Assembly (NCBI GenBank): GCA_038204995.1
Contig: JBBRCH010000006.1
Span: 1,324 to 65,323, forward strand
Length of the DNA stretch: 64,000 nt
Direction of reading: 5' to 3'
Source: Bacteroidales bacterium
GTDB taxonomy: Bacteria; Bacteroidota; Bacteroidia; Bacteroidales; UBA4417
Of the stretch, positions 29,535-40,471 are shown in pieces. Within the stretch, counting starts at the first letter, position 1. Each line of letters opens with the position of its first letter. The notes under the pieces were generated by a model. The model worked only from the letters and a program-made list of their open reading frames with translations. It was not told the origin of the DNA and made no database searches. The position numbers were made by a program, and so were the translations under genes.

Positions 29535-31970
29535 ATGGACAACAATATAAACATAGCCGACTTGCATCTTTCAAATGTAATGGAGGATGAAACTGAATTT
29601 ATTCCTTTGCTGACGGCTGAGGATGAAGAAATAATTAATGCTGAGGATGTGCCTCCGATATTACCTATATTACCATTACGCAACACTGTATTATTTCCTG
29701 GTGTAGTGATACCAATTACTGTTGGCCGGGATAAATCAATACGCCTGATAAAGGAATTTTATAAAGGTGAGCGCATAATCGGGGTAGTTTCACAAAAGGA
29801 TGGGGATATAGAAGATCCCGGTTATGATGATCTGAACAGAATAGGTACCGTTGCATATATAATTAAAATACTGCAATTGCCTGATGGCAATACAACTGCG
29901 ATTATACAAGGCAAGAAACGTTTTGAATTAGGGAAACTGTTACAATCGGAACCTTATTTTAAAGCTGAGGTGCAGAGTATTGATCTGAAGGTATTTGTCG
30001 CTAAAAAGGACAAAAGTTTTGAAGCTCTGATTGCGTCGATTAAAGATCTCGCTATACAGATCATTAATCAATCGCCAAATCTTCCTAGTGAAGCAGCCTT
30101 TGCAATTAAAAACATCGAAAGCCCCGTTTTCCTGGTAAATTTTGTTGCATCCAACCTGAATGTTGAAATCAGTGAGAAACAAAATTTATTAGGAATCCTT
30201 GATCTTGAAGAACGTGCCGGCAGGGTGCTTGGGCTTCTGACCAAGGAACTGCAGATGCTTGATCTCAAAAATCAGATCCAGAACAAAGTAAAGGTCGATA
30301 TGGACAAACAGCAGCGTGATTACTTATTAAATCAGCAGCTGAAACAAATACAGGATGAGTTAGGGAATAATCCTAATGAGCAACAAATCAATGAAATAAA
30401 AGCCAAAGCCTATTCCAGAAAATGGCCTGAAGCAGCATTCAAGGTATTTGAAAAGGAAATCGCTAAGCTTCAGCGCATGAATCCCATGGCTATGGAGTTT
30501 GGCATGCAGGTAAACTATCTCGAAGTAATGGTCGACTTACCCTGGGATACTTTTTCTGAGGATAATTTTGATTTGCACCATGCTCAAAAGATCCTGGATA
30601 AAGACCATTATGGCATGGAGAAAATCAAAGAACGCATTATCGAATACCTTGCCGTTCTTAAACTAAAAGGTGATATGAAATCACCTATCCTTTGCCTTGT
30701 TGGCCCCCCGGGTGTAGGAAAAACATCTTTGGGTAAATCAATATCGAGAGCTATCGGGCGTAACTATATCCGGATGTCTTTGGGAGGATTGCATGATGAA
30801 GCCGAAATCAGGGGACATCGCCGGACATATATAGGTGCTATGCCTGGCAGGATTTTACAAAGTATTCGCAAAGCCAAATCATCGAACCCGGTATTCGTGC
30901 TTGATGAAATTGATAAAGTATCGGGTATGACTATTAATGGAGATCCTTCGGCTGCATTACTCGAAGTTCTTGATCCCGAACAGAATATTTCATTTTATGA
31001 TAATTTCCTGGAGGTAGAGTACGACTTATCGAAAGTGATGTTCATAGCCACCGCGAACTCCTTGAATAACGTACATCCCGCATTGCGCGACAGGATGGAG
31101 ATTATTGACCTTAGCGGATACCTGATTGAAGAAAAGATAGAGATTGCTCGCAGGCATTTAGTTCCGAAGCAGCTTAAAGAACATGGTATTGACAAGAAGA
31201 AAATAGTTTTCAGCAAACCTGTTCTTCAGCAAATGATTGAAAACTATACCAGAGAATCAGGAGTTCGATTGCTTGAAAAAACTATAGCGAAAGTAATACG
31301 CAACCGTGCACGTTTCATTGCAATGAATGAAGATATTCCTTCAACAATTACCAATACTGAACTGGAGAAAATTCTCGGGCCTGCACCTTTTAATTATGAA
31401 AAAAGTTATGCAGGAAAAACACCCGGAGTTGCAACTGGCCTGGCTTGGACTGCCGTTGGCGGAGAAATTTTATTTGTTGAAGTGAGCTTAAGCCCAGGTA
31501 AAGGTAATCTTACAGTCACCGGAAACCTTGGTGATGTTATGAAAGAATCAGCTTCACTGGCCTATGAATACCTTAAGTCGCATGCATCGCAGCTGAAACT
31601 TGAGAATGATATTTTCGAAAAATGGAATGTTCACATTCATGTTCCTGAAGGTGCAACGCCAAAAGATGGGCCATCGGCTGGAATAACCATGTTTACCGCT
31701 TTAGCTTCAGCTTATACCAAGCAACCTGTGAATGATAAATTAGCCATGTCAGGTGAAATAACCTTAAGGGGACGAATTCTGCCGGTTGGCGGGGTTAAAG
31801 AAAAAATTCTTGCGGCAAAAAGAGCCAAGATCACCGATATCATACTTTCAGAGGACAACAGGCGTGATATTTCCGAAATAAAATCAGATTATATAAAAGG
31901 TCTGAATTTCCATTATCTTACTGATATGATGGATGTGCTGGACCTTGCCCTGGTTAAGAAAAAGAAATAA
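29535..31970 (+). CDS. lon: ATP-dependent Lon protease (endopeptidase La)
   Basis: 811 aa. It has a LON N-domain, Walker A GPPGVGKTS, Walker B VFVLDEIDK and the catalytic PKDGPSAG serine motif. Confidence 0.95.
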   Translation: MDNNINIADLHLSNVMEDETEFIPLLTAEDEEIINAEDVPPILPILPLRNTVLFPGVVIPITVGRDKSIRLIKEFYKGERIIGVVSQKDGDIEDPGYDDLNRIGTVAYIIKILQLPDGNTTAIIQGKKRFELGKLLQSEPYFKAEVQSIDLKVFVAKKDKSFEALIASIKDLAIQIINQSPNLPSEAAFAIKNIESPVFLVNFVASNLNVEISEKQNLLGILDLEERAGRVLGLLTKELQMLDLKNQIQNKVKVDMDKQQRDYLLNQQLKQIQDELGNNPNEQQINEIKAKAYSRKWPEAAFKVFEKEIAKLQRMNPMAMEFGMQVNYLEVMVDLPWDTFSEDNFDLHHAQKILDKDHYGMEKIKERIIEYLAVLKLKGDMKSPILCLVGPPGVGKTSLGKSISRAIGRNYIRMSLGGLHDEAEIRGHRRTYIGAMPGRILQSIRKAKSSNPVFVLDEIDKVSGMTINGDPSAALLEVLDPEQNISFYDNFLEVEYDLSKVMFIATANSLNNVHPALRDRMEIIDLSGYLIEEKIEIARRHLVPKQLKEHGIDKKKIVFSKPVLQQMIENYTRESGVRLLEKTIAKVIRNRARFIAMNEDIPSTITNTELEKILGPAPFNYEKSYAGKTPGVATGLAWTAVGGEILFVEVSLSPGKGNLTVTGNLGDVMKESASLAYEYLKSHASQLKLENDIFEKWNVHIHVPEGATPKDGPSAGITMFTALASAYTKQPVNDKLAMSGEITLRGRILPVGGVKEKILAAKRAKITDIILSEDNRRDISEIKSDYIKGLNFHYLTDMMDVLDLALVKKKK

Positions 31971-31990
31971 GTAAGACCATATAATGTATA

Positions 31991-32014
31991 AAAACCGGAA
32001 TTGTTCCGGTTTTT
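31991..32014. terminator. bidirectional hairpin terminator between convergent lon and the M1 peptidase gene
   Basis: AAAACCGGAA-ttg-TTCCGGTTTT is a 10-bp perfect stem. It has an A-run 5' and a T-run 3'. Confidence 0.7.
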
Positions 32015-32047
32015 CCCTTTTATGCAAATGTGAATTTTATATCGGTA

Positions 32048-34066
32048 TTATTGGGTTTTTATAACTTTTAACGTCTCCGAATGGAATGGCGTGCGAAAAA
32101 CGACAAAATAGGTTCCGGCCTTCAATCCTGCTTCATTTAATTCAAACGCTTTATCACCGGGAGAAAAATATTTCTCAATAATGGTTCTGAGTTTGATTCC
32201 TGTATTGTTGTATAAATCAACTGTTAAAAAAGACGGTTTATTGAGTTTGTAAGTGATCAGAGTAAGATTACTAAAAGGATTTGGAGAAGCTTTGGGTGAG
32301 AATCCTGATTCGGCACGGGGCATTTCATCAAGTCCTACAATAGTTGTTCCCTCTTTTAACAGAATGTCATTATTCGGATCAAATGTAAGCAGTTCAGGCT
32401 CTTTTTCGAATTCAAAATCAAAATTTTGTCCGTTAAAGCTATTGAACACTCTTACAATAGTATCAGTCCCATCCCTGAAATTTATTTTCAGTTCGATCGG
32501 CATCTGGAAATAAGGCAGGAACGGTTGCTCTTCCTGCTTTGCTATAAACAGAACTGACCATTTTCCATTGGTCCCGGGATAAATCCCATAAACATTCTGG
32601 TAATTAGGATGATCCGGTTTATATATCCATTGATCGAAAAACCAATCCAGGTCCTGCCCTGATTCTGTCTCTATTTTGTTTTTAAAATCTTCGATCGTTG
32701 CAGATTGATATTTAAAATCTATAGTATCCGTTGCATACGCTTTTAAAGCAGGGAAGTAAACACTATCGCCAAGTGTATACCGGAGCATATGCAGAACGCA
32801 ACTTCCTTTCATATAAGTGATTGCATAATTAAATAATATGTTCAGAGAAGGCGTCGTTACAGCCCAGGCAGGATTTGAAATGGCCCAGTGCGGGTTTTGG
32901 GACAAATAATAATTTGCATTCCCCTGCATTTCATTTTTATATGCCTGATATCCATAATGTTTTTCAGTCCAGTGTGCCTCACTCCATGTAGCAAATCCCT
33001 CATTAAGAAATATATCAGCCCAGGTAGCACAGGTTATCATATCGCCAAACCACTGATGCGCATATTCATGCGCAATAAGGGATTCGTCCCAGCAATTTGG
33101 ACAAAGGCTGGTTAATGACTGATTTTCCATGCCGCCCCATGCAAATTCGCTGTTCAGAGTCGCAAAACCATTTTTCTCGAAAGGTTCGTCACCAAACTCC
33201 TCAGAATAATAAGTTGTCATATTACCGATGATGCTTTCAATGTATGAAAGCTTCGATAGTGATTCTCCATCATTAAAATAGAATCGGATCGGTATAATTT
33301 CCGAAGTATAAGGATTGGTCCATTGCAGAATATCCAGATTATAATTTATGCGTGCTGTAAGTACAGTAAGATAAGTCGCTACAGGATCGCGGCTAATCCA
33401 GTGGTATTGGATTGTATTTCCATCAATAATAGAGTCCTGAAGTCGCCCATTTGATCCTAGCCTGGCATTGACGGGTACTTTTGCAGTGATGTCAGTTGTT
33501 GCTTTATCACTTGGTTTATCGTAACAAGGAAACCATTTTCGAGCACCTTCAGGTTCACAATCAGTGAATGCAAAGCCACCGGATGCATAAAATGCTCCAT
33601 CAGAAATATTCGCATGTTTATAGAAAATATGAACTTCAGCCTCTTCATCCGGATTGTAACTACGGTCAAGCTGAACCGTAAGCTTATTATTGGAATAAGT
33701 ATATGAAACACCATTTAACCGCACTGAATCAATGGATAAGGAAGCATTATCAGCATCAAGCACAATTTCATTCAAAGTACTATCGATCCGGAAAAGGATT
33801 TTCACATCGGCAACGAAATTATTCGGATATGGGCTCGTCATACAATTCACCAGGTCAACATTTATCGTATAGTTTAGAACATCGAATGCATGTCTGGGTG
33901 AATTAGCCGACCTGAATGAGCGGTCAAGCAGCTGACTGTTCTGCATTTTACGGTGCGAACACATTTCAGCTCCTTTGCTGGTTGAGTATTGCTGTGCATT
34001 TAACCATGTAGACGCAGCAAGAATTAGTGCAAAAGGAAAAAATACTTTTTTCATAATCTTGATCAA
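32048..34066 (-). CDS. M1 family metallopeptidase with T9SS C-terminal sorting domain
   Basis: 672 aa. It has a signal peptide, the GGMEN exopeptidase motif, HEYAHQWFGD...NEGFATW (HExxH-18-E), and the C-terminal PNPFSNLTLITYKL...GTYFVVFRT...LKVIKTQ. Confidence 0.85.
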   Translation of the reverse strand: MIKIMKKVFFPFALILAASTWLNAQQYSTSKGAEMCSHRKMQNSQLLDRSFRSANSPRHAFDVLNYTINVDLVNCMTSPYPNNFVADVKILFRIDSTLNEIVLDADNASLSIDSVRLNGVSYTYSNNKLTVQLDRSYNPDEEAEVHIFYKHANISDGAFYASGGFAFTDCEPEGARKWFPCYDKPSDKATTDITAKVPVNARLGSNGRLQDSIIDGNTIQYHWISRDPVATYLTVLTARINYNLDILQWTNPYTSEIIPIRFYFNDGESLSKLSYIESIIGNMTTYYSEEFGDEPFEKNGFATLNSEFAWGGMENQSLTSLCPNCWDESLIAHEYAHQWFGDMITCATWADIFLNEGFATWSEAHWTEKHYGYQAYKNEMQGNANYYLSQNPHWAISNPAWAVTTPSLNILFNYAITYMKGSCVLHMLRYTLGDSVYFPALKAYATDTIDFKYQSATIEDFKNKIETESGQDLDWFFDQWIYKPDHPNYQNVYGIYPGTNGKWSVLFIAKQEEQPFLPYFQMPIELKINFRDGTDTIVRVFNSFNGQNFDFEFEKEPELLTFDPNNDILLKEGTTIVGLDEMPRAESGFSPKASPNPFSNLTLITYKLNKPSFLTVDLYNNTGIKLRTIIEKYFSPGDKAFELNEAGLKAGTYFVVFRTPFHSETLKVIKTQ

Positions 34067-34173
34067 TAATTTGATTTAAGGCAAAAGTAGTTTTTAAAGT
34101 CATATATTTAAGCATGAATAAAGAATTGTATCAGTCAAACTCTTAATTTTGATGATTCATTTTTTAAAGTCTG

Positions 34174-35817
34174 ATGAGGTTCCTTCTCTTGTTTTGTTCA
34201 TTTATTATCCTGTTCGGCATTCTTCCCGGATGCAAATCTGAACGTTTTAAAAAGGATGGAAGAGTTGTATTTCTGTATAACGAATCAGCCGGAATAACCT
34301 CTCTTGATCCTGCTTTTGCACGAGACCAGGCCAATATTTGGGCAGTTAACCAGCTATTTAACGGCTTAGTACAACTTGACAGCAATCTCAAAATACAACC
34401 CTGTATAGCCAGTCACTGGGAAATATCAACAGATGGATTAACTTATACTTTCCATCTCAGAAAGGATGTTTTTTTTCATCCGGATAATGTATTTATTGAT
34501 GGAAAAGGAAGAAAGGTTGTTGCGGAAGATTTTGAATATAGTTTAAACCGGATATGTGATGACAAACTGGCATCGCCGGGTGCATGGGTTTTTGAGCAGG
34601 TGAGAAATGAGAAAAATAAAAAAGCATTTCTTGCTCCAAATGATAGCACATTGATTATCAGCTTGAAATCTCCTTTTCCACCCTTCCTGGGTTTACTGAG
34701 CATGCAATATTGTTCTGTAGTACCACATGAGGCCATTGAAAGATATGGAACTGATTTCAGGCAGCACCCGGTAGGGACCGGACCTTTTAAATTTGGTATG
34801 TGGAAAGAAGGAGTCAAACTTGTAATGTTGAAGAATGAAAATTATTTTGAAACGGGTAAAACCGGTCCCCTGCCCTACCTGGATGCAGTAGCTGTGACAT
34901 TTATAGTTGATAAGCAATCAGCATTTCTCGAATTCATGAAAGGCAATCTCGATTTCATATCAGGTATTGATGCGAGCTATAAAGATGAATTATTAACTAA
35001 TAAGGGAGAACTGCGGGCCAAATATGTTTCAGAAATAAATATGACCAAACATCCATATCTGAACACAGAATACCTGGGTATACTTATCGACACCAACTTT
35101 AAGGCTGCAGCCCAAAGCCCTTTGAAGCTGAAATTGATTCGACAAGCCATTAACTATGGATTCGACAGGGTTAAAATGATGCGTTATCTCAGGAACAATA
35201 TTGGTATTGCCGGCACGGCCGGTTTTGTACCTGCAGGCATACCATGGTTTGACCAGAAACAGGTCAACGGGTATTATTACAATCCGACAAAAGCCAGGCA
35301 ACTAATGAGTATTGCAGGATTTACGGGCGGACAGGGACTTCCGCCAATTACGCTGACAACAAATGCATCCTATATTGATCTGTGCAAATTCATTCAAAGC
35401 CAGCTGGGCGAAATTGGAATAAGTATTAAAATTGATGTTACTCCACCTGCTACGTTACGGGAAATGATCGCTCAATCGAAAGTAAATTTTTTCAGAGGTT
35501 CGTGGATAGCAGATTATCCTGATGCTGAAAATTACCTTTCGCTTTTTTACAGTCCGAACTTTTGCCCTGCGGGGCCTAATTATACTCATTTTTCGTCTCC
35601 TGATTTCGACAATCTTTATAAAGACTGTAACCTCGAAAGCATTGATTCACTGCGCGGGCAAAAATATATGCAAATGGATCGGTTATTAATGCAGGATGCG
35701 CCGGTTGTGGTTTTATACTACGATGAGGTACTGCGTTTCAGCCATAAGAATATCTCAGGATTAGGCTCAAATTCTTTGAATCTCCTTAATTTGAAAAATG
35801 TAAAGAAAAGACTATGA
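34174..35817 (+). CDS. ABC-type substrate-binding lipoprotein, family 5 (peptide/nickel-like), orphan
   Basis: 547 aa. The lipobox is ILPGC. LDPAFARDQANIWAVNQLFNGLV and HPVGTGPFKF are typical of SBP_bac_5. No permease or ATPase gene is adjacent. Confidence 0.8.
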   Translation: MRFLLLFCSFIILFGILPGCKSERFKKDGRVVFLYNESAGITSLDPAFARDQANIWAVNQLFNGLVQLDSNLKIQPCIASHWEISTDGLTYTFHLRKDVFFHPDNVFIDGKGRKVVAEDFEYSLNRICDDKLASPGAWVFEQVRNEKNKKAFLAPNDSTLIISLKSPFPPFLGLLSMQYCSVVPHEAIERYGTDFRQHPVGTGPFKFGMWKEGVKLVMLKNENYFETGKTGPLPYLDAVAVTFIVDKQSAFLEFMKGNLDFISGIDASYKDELLTNKGELRAKYVSEINMTKHPYLNTEYLGILIDTNFKAAAQSPLKLKLIRQAINYGFDRVKMMRYLRNNIGIAGTAGFVPAGIPWFDQKQVNGYYYNPTKARQLMSIAGFTGGQGLPPITLTTNASYIDLCKFIQSQLGEIGISIKIDVTPPATLREMIAQSKVNFFRGSWIADYPDAENYLSLFYSPNFCPAGPNYTHFSSPDFDNLYKDCNLESIDSLRGQKYMQMDRLLMQDAPVVVLYYDEVLRFSHKNISGLGSNSLNLLNLKNVKKRL

Positions 35818-36332
35818 AATTTAATGACTTAAATAAGATCAGACCACAGGATATCAGTCAGAATCCTTTCTGCCTGATTGACGATGATTGGTTTCTGCTT
35901 TCAGCTGGCACTCCTGATGCTTTTAACACTATGACTGCGAGTTGGGGCGGCGTTGGTATATTGTGGAATAAACCGGTCGTATTTTGTTTCGTAAGGCCTC
36001 AGCGTTACACCTATAAATTCATGGAATCGAATGAAATCTTTACAATGAGCTTTTTTGATGAAAGTCATCGTGATGCGCTGATTTTATGCGGGAAAGTTTC
36101 AGGCAGGCAAACTGACAAGATGAAATCCACTGGTCTTAATCCGTTTGAATCGCCTTTAGGTTCCGTTTTTTACGAACAGTCAAAGTTAATGCTTGAATGC
36201 AGGAAACTTTACTTTTCAGATATTGATCCCGGGCATTTTTTGGTTCAGGGAATCAGTTCAAATTATCCCAAACAGGACTATCACCGGATGTACATCGGAG
36301 AGATCACTTCCTGCTTCAATGATTTTAAGTAA
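35814..36332 (+). CDS. flavin reductase-like (FMN-binding split-barrel) protein
   Basis: 172 aa. FNTMTASWGGVGILWNKPVVFCFVRPQRYT matches the family. Its start overlaps the preceding stop as ATGA. Confidence 0.7.
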   Translation: MKFNDLNKIRPQDISQNPFCLIDDDWFLLSAGTPDAFNTMTASWGGVGILWNKPVVFCFVRPQRYTYKFMESNEIFTMSFFDESHRDALILCGKVSGRQTDKMKSTGLNPFESPLGSVFYEQSKLMLECRKLYFSDIDPGHFLVQGISSNYPKQDYHRMYIGEITSCFNDFK

Positions 36333-36678
36333 ACGATGGTTTAAGAGGTGTGTCAATCCCGGATTTAGTTGTTTCGAATATTCCTTGCAGGTGTCACGAT
36401 AATGTGTATTTAAGGTAACAAAAGGTCAACATTTGATTTTAAATTTAAAGTTGAAACATACATATGCCTGGTTTTCAGATTAATTGAAGAAAAAGTACAT
36501 AAGTGAAACAGGAAGCCATAATTATGCAATCGTAAGCAATCTGACTTTCCCGTAAACTGAAACCTTTCTTCCTATTAAAAAAAAAATAAGCACAGTATAA
36601 AAAAATGAGTATTTTAGCTCGTTACAAAGAACCAGGACCAAATTACTGGCCCAATGATAAGTTAACAATAGAATATCA

Positions 36679-37224
36679 TTGAAAACAATCCAACGTATAC
36701 GCGAAAAATTTGCCAGGTTGTATCTGCTTAAGCAACTGCATGAAATGAACAGGAAGCAGAAACAGATCAGTCTTGTCAACGCACGAAATATTGCATTGTT
36801 GTATTATCTGCCGGATGAAGCAACATATAAAACAATGGAAACAATAGTTAGCAGGCTTAGTAATAAAAACCTAAAGATCAGGGTGATATGCTATACTGAC
36901 CTGAAGATTATTCCCTATTATTTTGTCCCTAAAATATCACAGGATATTTTTTCAATTAAAGATGTTAACTGGAGATTCCAGCCTCAAAAGCCGTTTATTA
37001 AAGAATTTATAAATACAGAATACGACATACTCATTGACCTTAGCCTGGGCGACCATCTGCCTTTACTTTATTGTGCCGCATTATCTAAAGCAGGACTTAA
37101 AGCAGGAAGGTTTCAGGAAGATCATCAATTGTTTTATGATCTTTTAATACATGCAGGACCCGATGAAACCATTGATTCATTTGCAGAACAGGTAATTCAT
37201 TATTTAAGCAGGATAAATAACTAA
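36679..37224 (+). CDS. hypothetical protein conserved upstream of dapA (DUF6913-like by memory)
   Basis: 181-aa ORF with a TTG start. An alternative ATG lies at 36745. It ends 4 nt before dapA. I recognised no catalytic motif. Confidence 0.45.
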   Translation: MKTIQRIREKFARLYLLKQLHEMNRKQKQISLVNARNIALLYYLPDEATYKTMETIVSRLSNKNLKIRVICYTDLKIIPYYFVPKISQDIFSIKDVNWRFQPQKPFIKEFINTEYDILIDLSLGDHLPLLYCAALSKAGLKAGRFQEDHQLFYDLLIHAGPDETIDSFAEQVIHYLSRINN

Positions 37225-37228
37225 ACTT

Positions 37229-38128
37229 ATGAACGGTAAATTCAGAGGCACCGGAGTTGCAATGATTACTCCCTTCCATAAACAAGGAACTATTGACTTC
37301 ACAGCCCTGGAGAGGCTTATCGAACATTTGATTTCAGGAGGAGTGAATTATCTAGTCGTTCAGGGTACCACTGCGGAAACAGCCACCCTTAACAGGGAAG
37401 AAAAAAATGCTCTTGCTGAATTCGTTGTTGATATTGTTAATAAAAGGGTACCGCTTGTAATCGGTATTGGGGGAAATAGCACGCAGGAAGTCATCAACAC
37501 CATCAGGCTGAAATCATTGGAAGGATATGATGCAATACTTTCAGTAACACCTTATTATAATAAGCCGCAACAAAGAGGTATTTATTTGCATTATAAAAAT
37601 ATTGCAACAGTAAGCCCGTTGCCTATAATAATGTATAACGTACCAAGCCGCACTTCGGTAAACATGAAACCTGAAATCACGCTGCAACTTGCTACTGAAT
37701 TCGATAATATTATCGGTGTAAAGGAAGCCTCGGGCAGTATGGAACAAATAATGGATATTATCCACAATAAACCAAAAGATTTCCTTGTAATTTCGGGCGA
37801 CGACCTGCTTACGCTTCCTTTGCTGGGTATGGGTGCTGATGGAGTTATTTCTGTGGTGGCTAATGCTTTTCCTAAGTTGATTTCGGAAATGGTAACACTT
37901 GGATTAAAAGGAGAAATGAAAAAAGCCCGTGAAATTCATTATAAACTGTCTGATTTTACAAGTTCTGTATTTTTAGATGGAAACCCTTCGGGTATTAAAG
38001 CCGCTTTGGAAATAAAGGAAATAATATCCAATAATCTTCGGTTGCCATTGGTTAAGATTGAAAAGGCGCATTATAATCAGCTCACAGCTCTGATGGCAGA
38101 ACTGGAACCTGTAAAACCAGAAAAATAA
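37229..38128 (+). CDS. dapA: 4-hydroxy-tetrahydrodipicolinate synthase
   Basis: 299 aa. It has GTGVAMITPF, VQGTTAETATL, YNVPSRT and the Schiff-base lysine context IIGVKEASG. Confidence 0.9.
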   Translation: MNGKFRGTGVAMITPFHKQGTIDFTALERLIEHLISGGVNYLVVQGTTAETATLNREEKNALAEFVVDIVNKRVPLVIGIGGNSTQEVINTIRLKSLEGYDAILSVTPYYNKPQQRGIYLHYKNIATVSPLPIIMYNVPSRTSVNMKPEITLQLATEFDNIIGVKEASGSMEQIMDIIHNKPKDFLVISGDDLLTLPLLGMGADGVISVVANAFPKLISEMVTLGLKGEMKKAREIHYKLSDFTSSVFLDGNPSGIKAALEIKEIISNNLRLPLVKIEKAHYNQLTALMAELEPVKPEK

Positions 38129-38142
38129 CACTTGATTTTTAA

Positions 38143-40452
38143 ATGAAAAAAATTATTCTGCTTATCTGCTTAATATCAGCATTCAGATCAGTTTCGGCAC
38201 AATCCCAAACACTGCAAAAAGATCATGCAAACCAGGAACTCCAAAGGCGTGGAGAGGTTTACTTCAGTTTTAAATTTACTGATCCTGCTCAACTAAAGTC
38301 ATTAACTCAGAAAATTTCTATCAGCAGTATAGAAGGAAATACTGTATTTGCTTATGCAAATCAGAAAGAGTTTGTTGATTTTGTTACCTACAATTATGAT
38401 TTTGAGGTCCTCACTGCCCCATCCGAACTGTATTCGGTTCAAATGACCGACGATCCTAAACAGGTGCTGACCTGGAATTATTACCCTACTTACACTGCAT
38501 ATGAGTCGCTCATGCAGCAATTTGTGACCGATCATCCTGAAATATGTAAGCTCACCACAATTACAACACTTGCAAGCGGGCGCAAAATTCTGGCGTTAAG
38601 GATATCGGATAATATAAATATTCAGGAAAATGAACCTGAATTCCTGTATACATCAAGTATACACGGTGATGAAACAACCGGATATATCTTAATGCTTCAT
38701 CTTGCTGATTATCTCTTAAACGGATATGGAACTGATGACCGGATTACCAATATGATAAATAACTTTGATATTGTTATTTGTCCACTCGCTAATCCTGACG
38801 GAACATATCATGGCGGTAACAATTCAGTAAATGGCGCTACGCGTGGCAATGCCAACAATATTGATCTGAACCGCAATTACCCTGACCCAAAACACGGACC
38901 ACATCCTGATGGAAATGCCTGGCAGCCTGAGACTGTTGCATTTATGAACTTTGCCGGATTTAACACTTTTACCATGGGAGCAAATTTTCATGGAGGTGCC
39001 GAAGTAGTTAACTATCCGTGGGATACATGGTCGAAATTAACTGCTGATGATGCCTGGTGGGTTTATGTCAGCCGCGAGTATGCTGATACGGTTCATGCAA
39101 ATGCACCCCCGACCTATATGGATGATCTTATGAACGGAATAACCAACGGATATGCTTGGTACGAAATTTCCGGCGGCAGGCAGGATTACATGAATTATTT
39201 CAGGAATTGCCGTGAAGTAACAATCGAAATATCAAATACTAAAATATTACCTGAAAGTCAGCTAATTACACACTGGAATTACAACTATCGATCCTTTTTG
39301 AATTACATTGAAGAGGCTGGTTATGGTTTACATGGTCTCGTTACTGACTCCATGAGTGGTGCACCGCTGAATGCGAAAATTTTCATTTCAGGATTCGATA
39401 AAGACAGCTCACATGTTTATACTGATCCACAGGTTGGCGACTATCACAGGCTTCTGAAGGCAGGTATCTATAATGTTACCTACTCTGCAAACGGGTATTC
39501 ACCAAAGACTTATTCAGTGCAGGTTATCGATAAACAGACCACTGTGCTTAACGTACAACTTTATGATGGGCGACTTGAAACCAATTATACAGCAGATACC
39601 AGTATAGTAGCGGTAGATCAGTCTGTTCATTTTATTGATCAGTCGGCGGGATATCCGCAAACCTGGACGTGGACCTTTGAAGGAGGTGTTCCAGCTACTT
39701 CATCAGAGGCAAATCCGGTAATAACTTATTCACAACCAGGTGTTTATGCTGTAAAACTTGTTGTTACCCGAACCGGTTCAATAGACTCACTGATCAGAAA
39801 TGATTTTATCGAAGTGAAACCCTGGTATATCATGGGTAATAAAACCTATACAATTTGTGATGCTCATTTCTTTGATACAGGTGGACCTGCCTTTCAATAT
39901 TCGGAAAATGAAAATAGCGTCATCACTTTCTATCCAAATGAGTCAACAAAAAAACTGACTGCTCTGTTCAATAATCTGCAAATTGAAAATGGTGGAACTG
40001 ATTGTATAAATGACAGATTATTAATTTTTGACGGCATCTCTACCAATGAGAATTTAATTGCATCAATTTGCGGGAATAATCTTCCTCAGAAAATAATGGC
40101 TACCAATGCTAACGGAGCATTGACATTTCAATTTATTTCTAACGCAACCATCTCCGCTTCAGGGTGGGATATCACACTAAGTTGTGATTCGAACGTTGGA
40201 ATAATCGAAAACAGGCAGGCTGATATTCGTATTTATCCAAATCCCGTTCTTAACGGAAGTGCATGTATTGAATCAGATAATCTGATACAAATGCTTATGG
40301 TGAGAGATATTACCGGTAAAGTCGTTGCTTCAGCAACCCCTTTGAGCAAAAAATATTTCATCAGGAGCAACTGGCCATCAGGAATTTACCTGGTTCAGAT
40401 GCAGATTAAAGGTAAATGGATAAGTAAAAGAATACAGGTAATAAACAAATAA
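38143..40452 (+). CDS. M14 zinc carboxypeptidase - PKD - CUB-like - T9SS C-terminal sorting domain protein
   Basis: 769 aa. It has a signal peptide and the M14 motifs SSIHGDETTG, NPDG and FHGG. A carboxypeptidase-regulatory-like beta domain follows. Next come a PKD-like segment (VHFIDQS...YSQPGVYAVKLVV) and a Cys-bounded CUB-like segment. The tail is IYPNPV...GIYLVQMQ...IQVINK. Confidence 0.85.
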   Translation: MKKIILLICLISAFRSVSAQSQTLQKDHANQELQRRGEVYFSFKFTDPAQLKSLTQKISISSIEGNTVFAYANQKEFVDFVTYNYDFEVLTAPSELYSVQMTDDPKQVLTWNYYPTYTAYESLMQQFVTDHPEICKLTTITTLASGRKILALRISDNINIQENEPEFLYTSSIHGDETTGYILMLHLADYLLNGYGTDDRITNMINNFDIVICPLANPDGTYHGGNNSVNGATRGNANNIDLNRNYPDPKHGPHPDGNAWQPETVAFMNFAGFNTFTMGANFHGGAEVVNYPWDTWSKLTADDAWWVYVSREYADTVHANAPPTYMDDLMNGITNGYAWYEISGGRQDYMNYFRNCREVTIEISNTKILPESQLITHWNYNYRSFLNYIEEAGYGLHGLVTDSMSGAPLNAKIFISGFDKDSSHVYTDPQVGDYHRLLKAGIYNVTYSANGYSPKTYSVQVIDKQTTVLNVQLYDGRLETNYTADTSIVAVDQSVHFIDQSAGYPQTWTWTFEGGVPATSSEANPVITYSQPGVYAVKLVVTRTGSIDSLIRNDFIEVKPWYIMGNKTYTICDAHFFDTGGPAFQYSENENSVITFYPNESTKKLTALFNNLQIENGGTDCINDRLLIFDGISTNENLIASICGNNLPQKIMATNANGALTFQFISNATISASGWDITLSCDSNVGIIENRQADIRIYPNPVLNGSACIESDNLIQMLMVRDITGKVVASATPLSKKYFIRSNWPSGIYLVQMQIKGKWISKRIQVINK

Positions 40453-40471
40453 AATATTAAGGAGTAAAAGT

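Noticed and set aside
34164-34391. 75-aa minus-strand ORF overlapping the start of the substrate-binding lipoprotein gene
   Set aside because: It is embedded antisense to a gene with a clear lipoprotein signal and family motifs. Its composition is Arg/Ser-rich and shadow-like.
36333-36678. Possible lysine riboswitch or other leader upstream of the dapA region
   Set aside because: No conserved riboswitch core sequences or convincing stems were seen. The region is AT-rich with scattered short repeats only.
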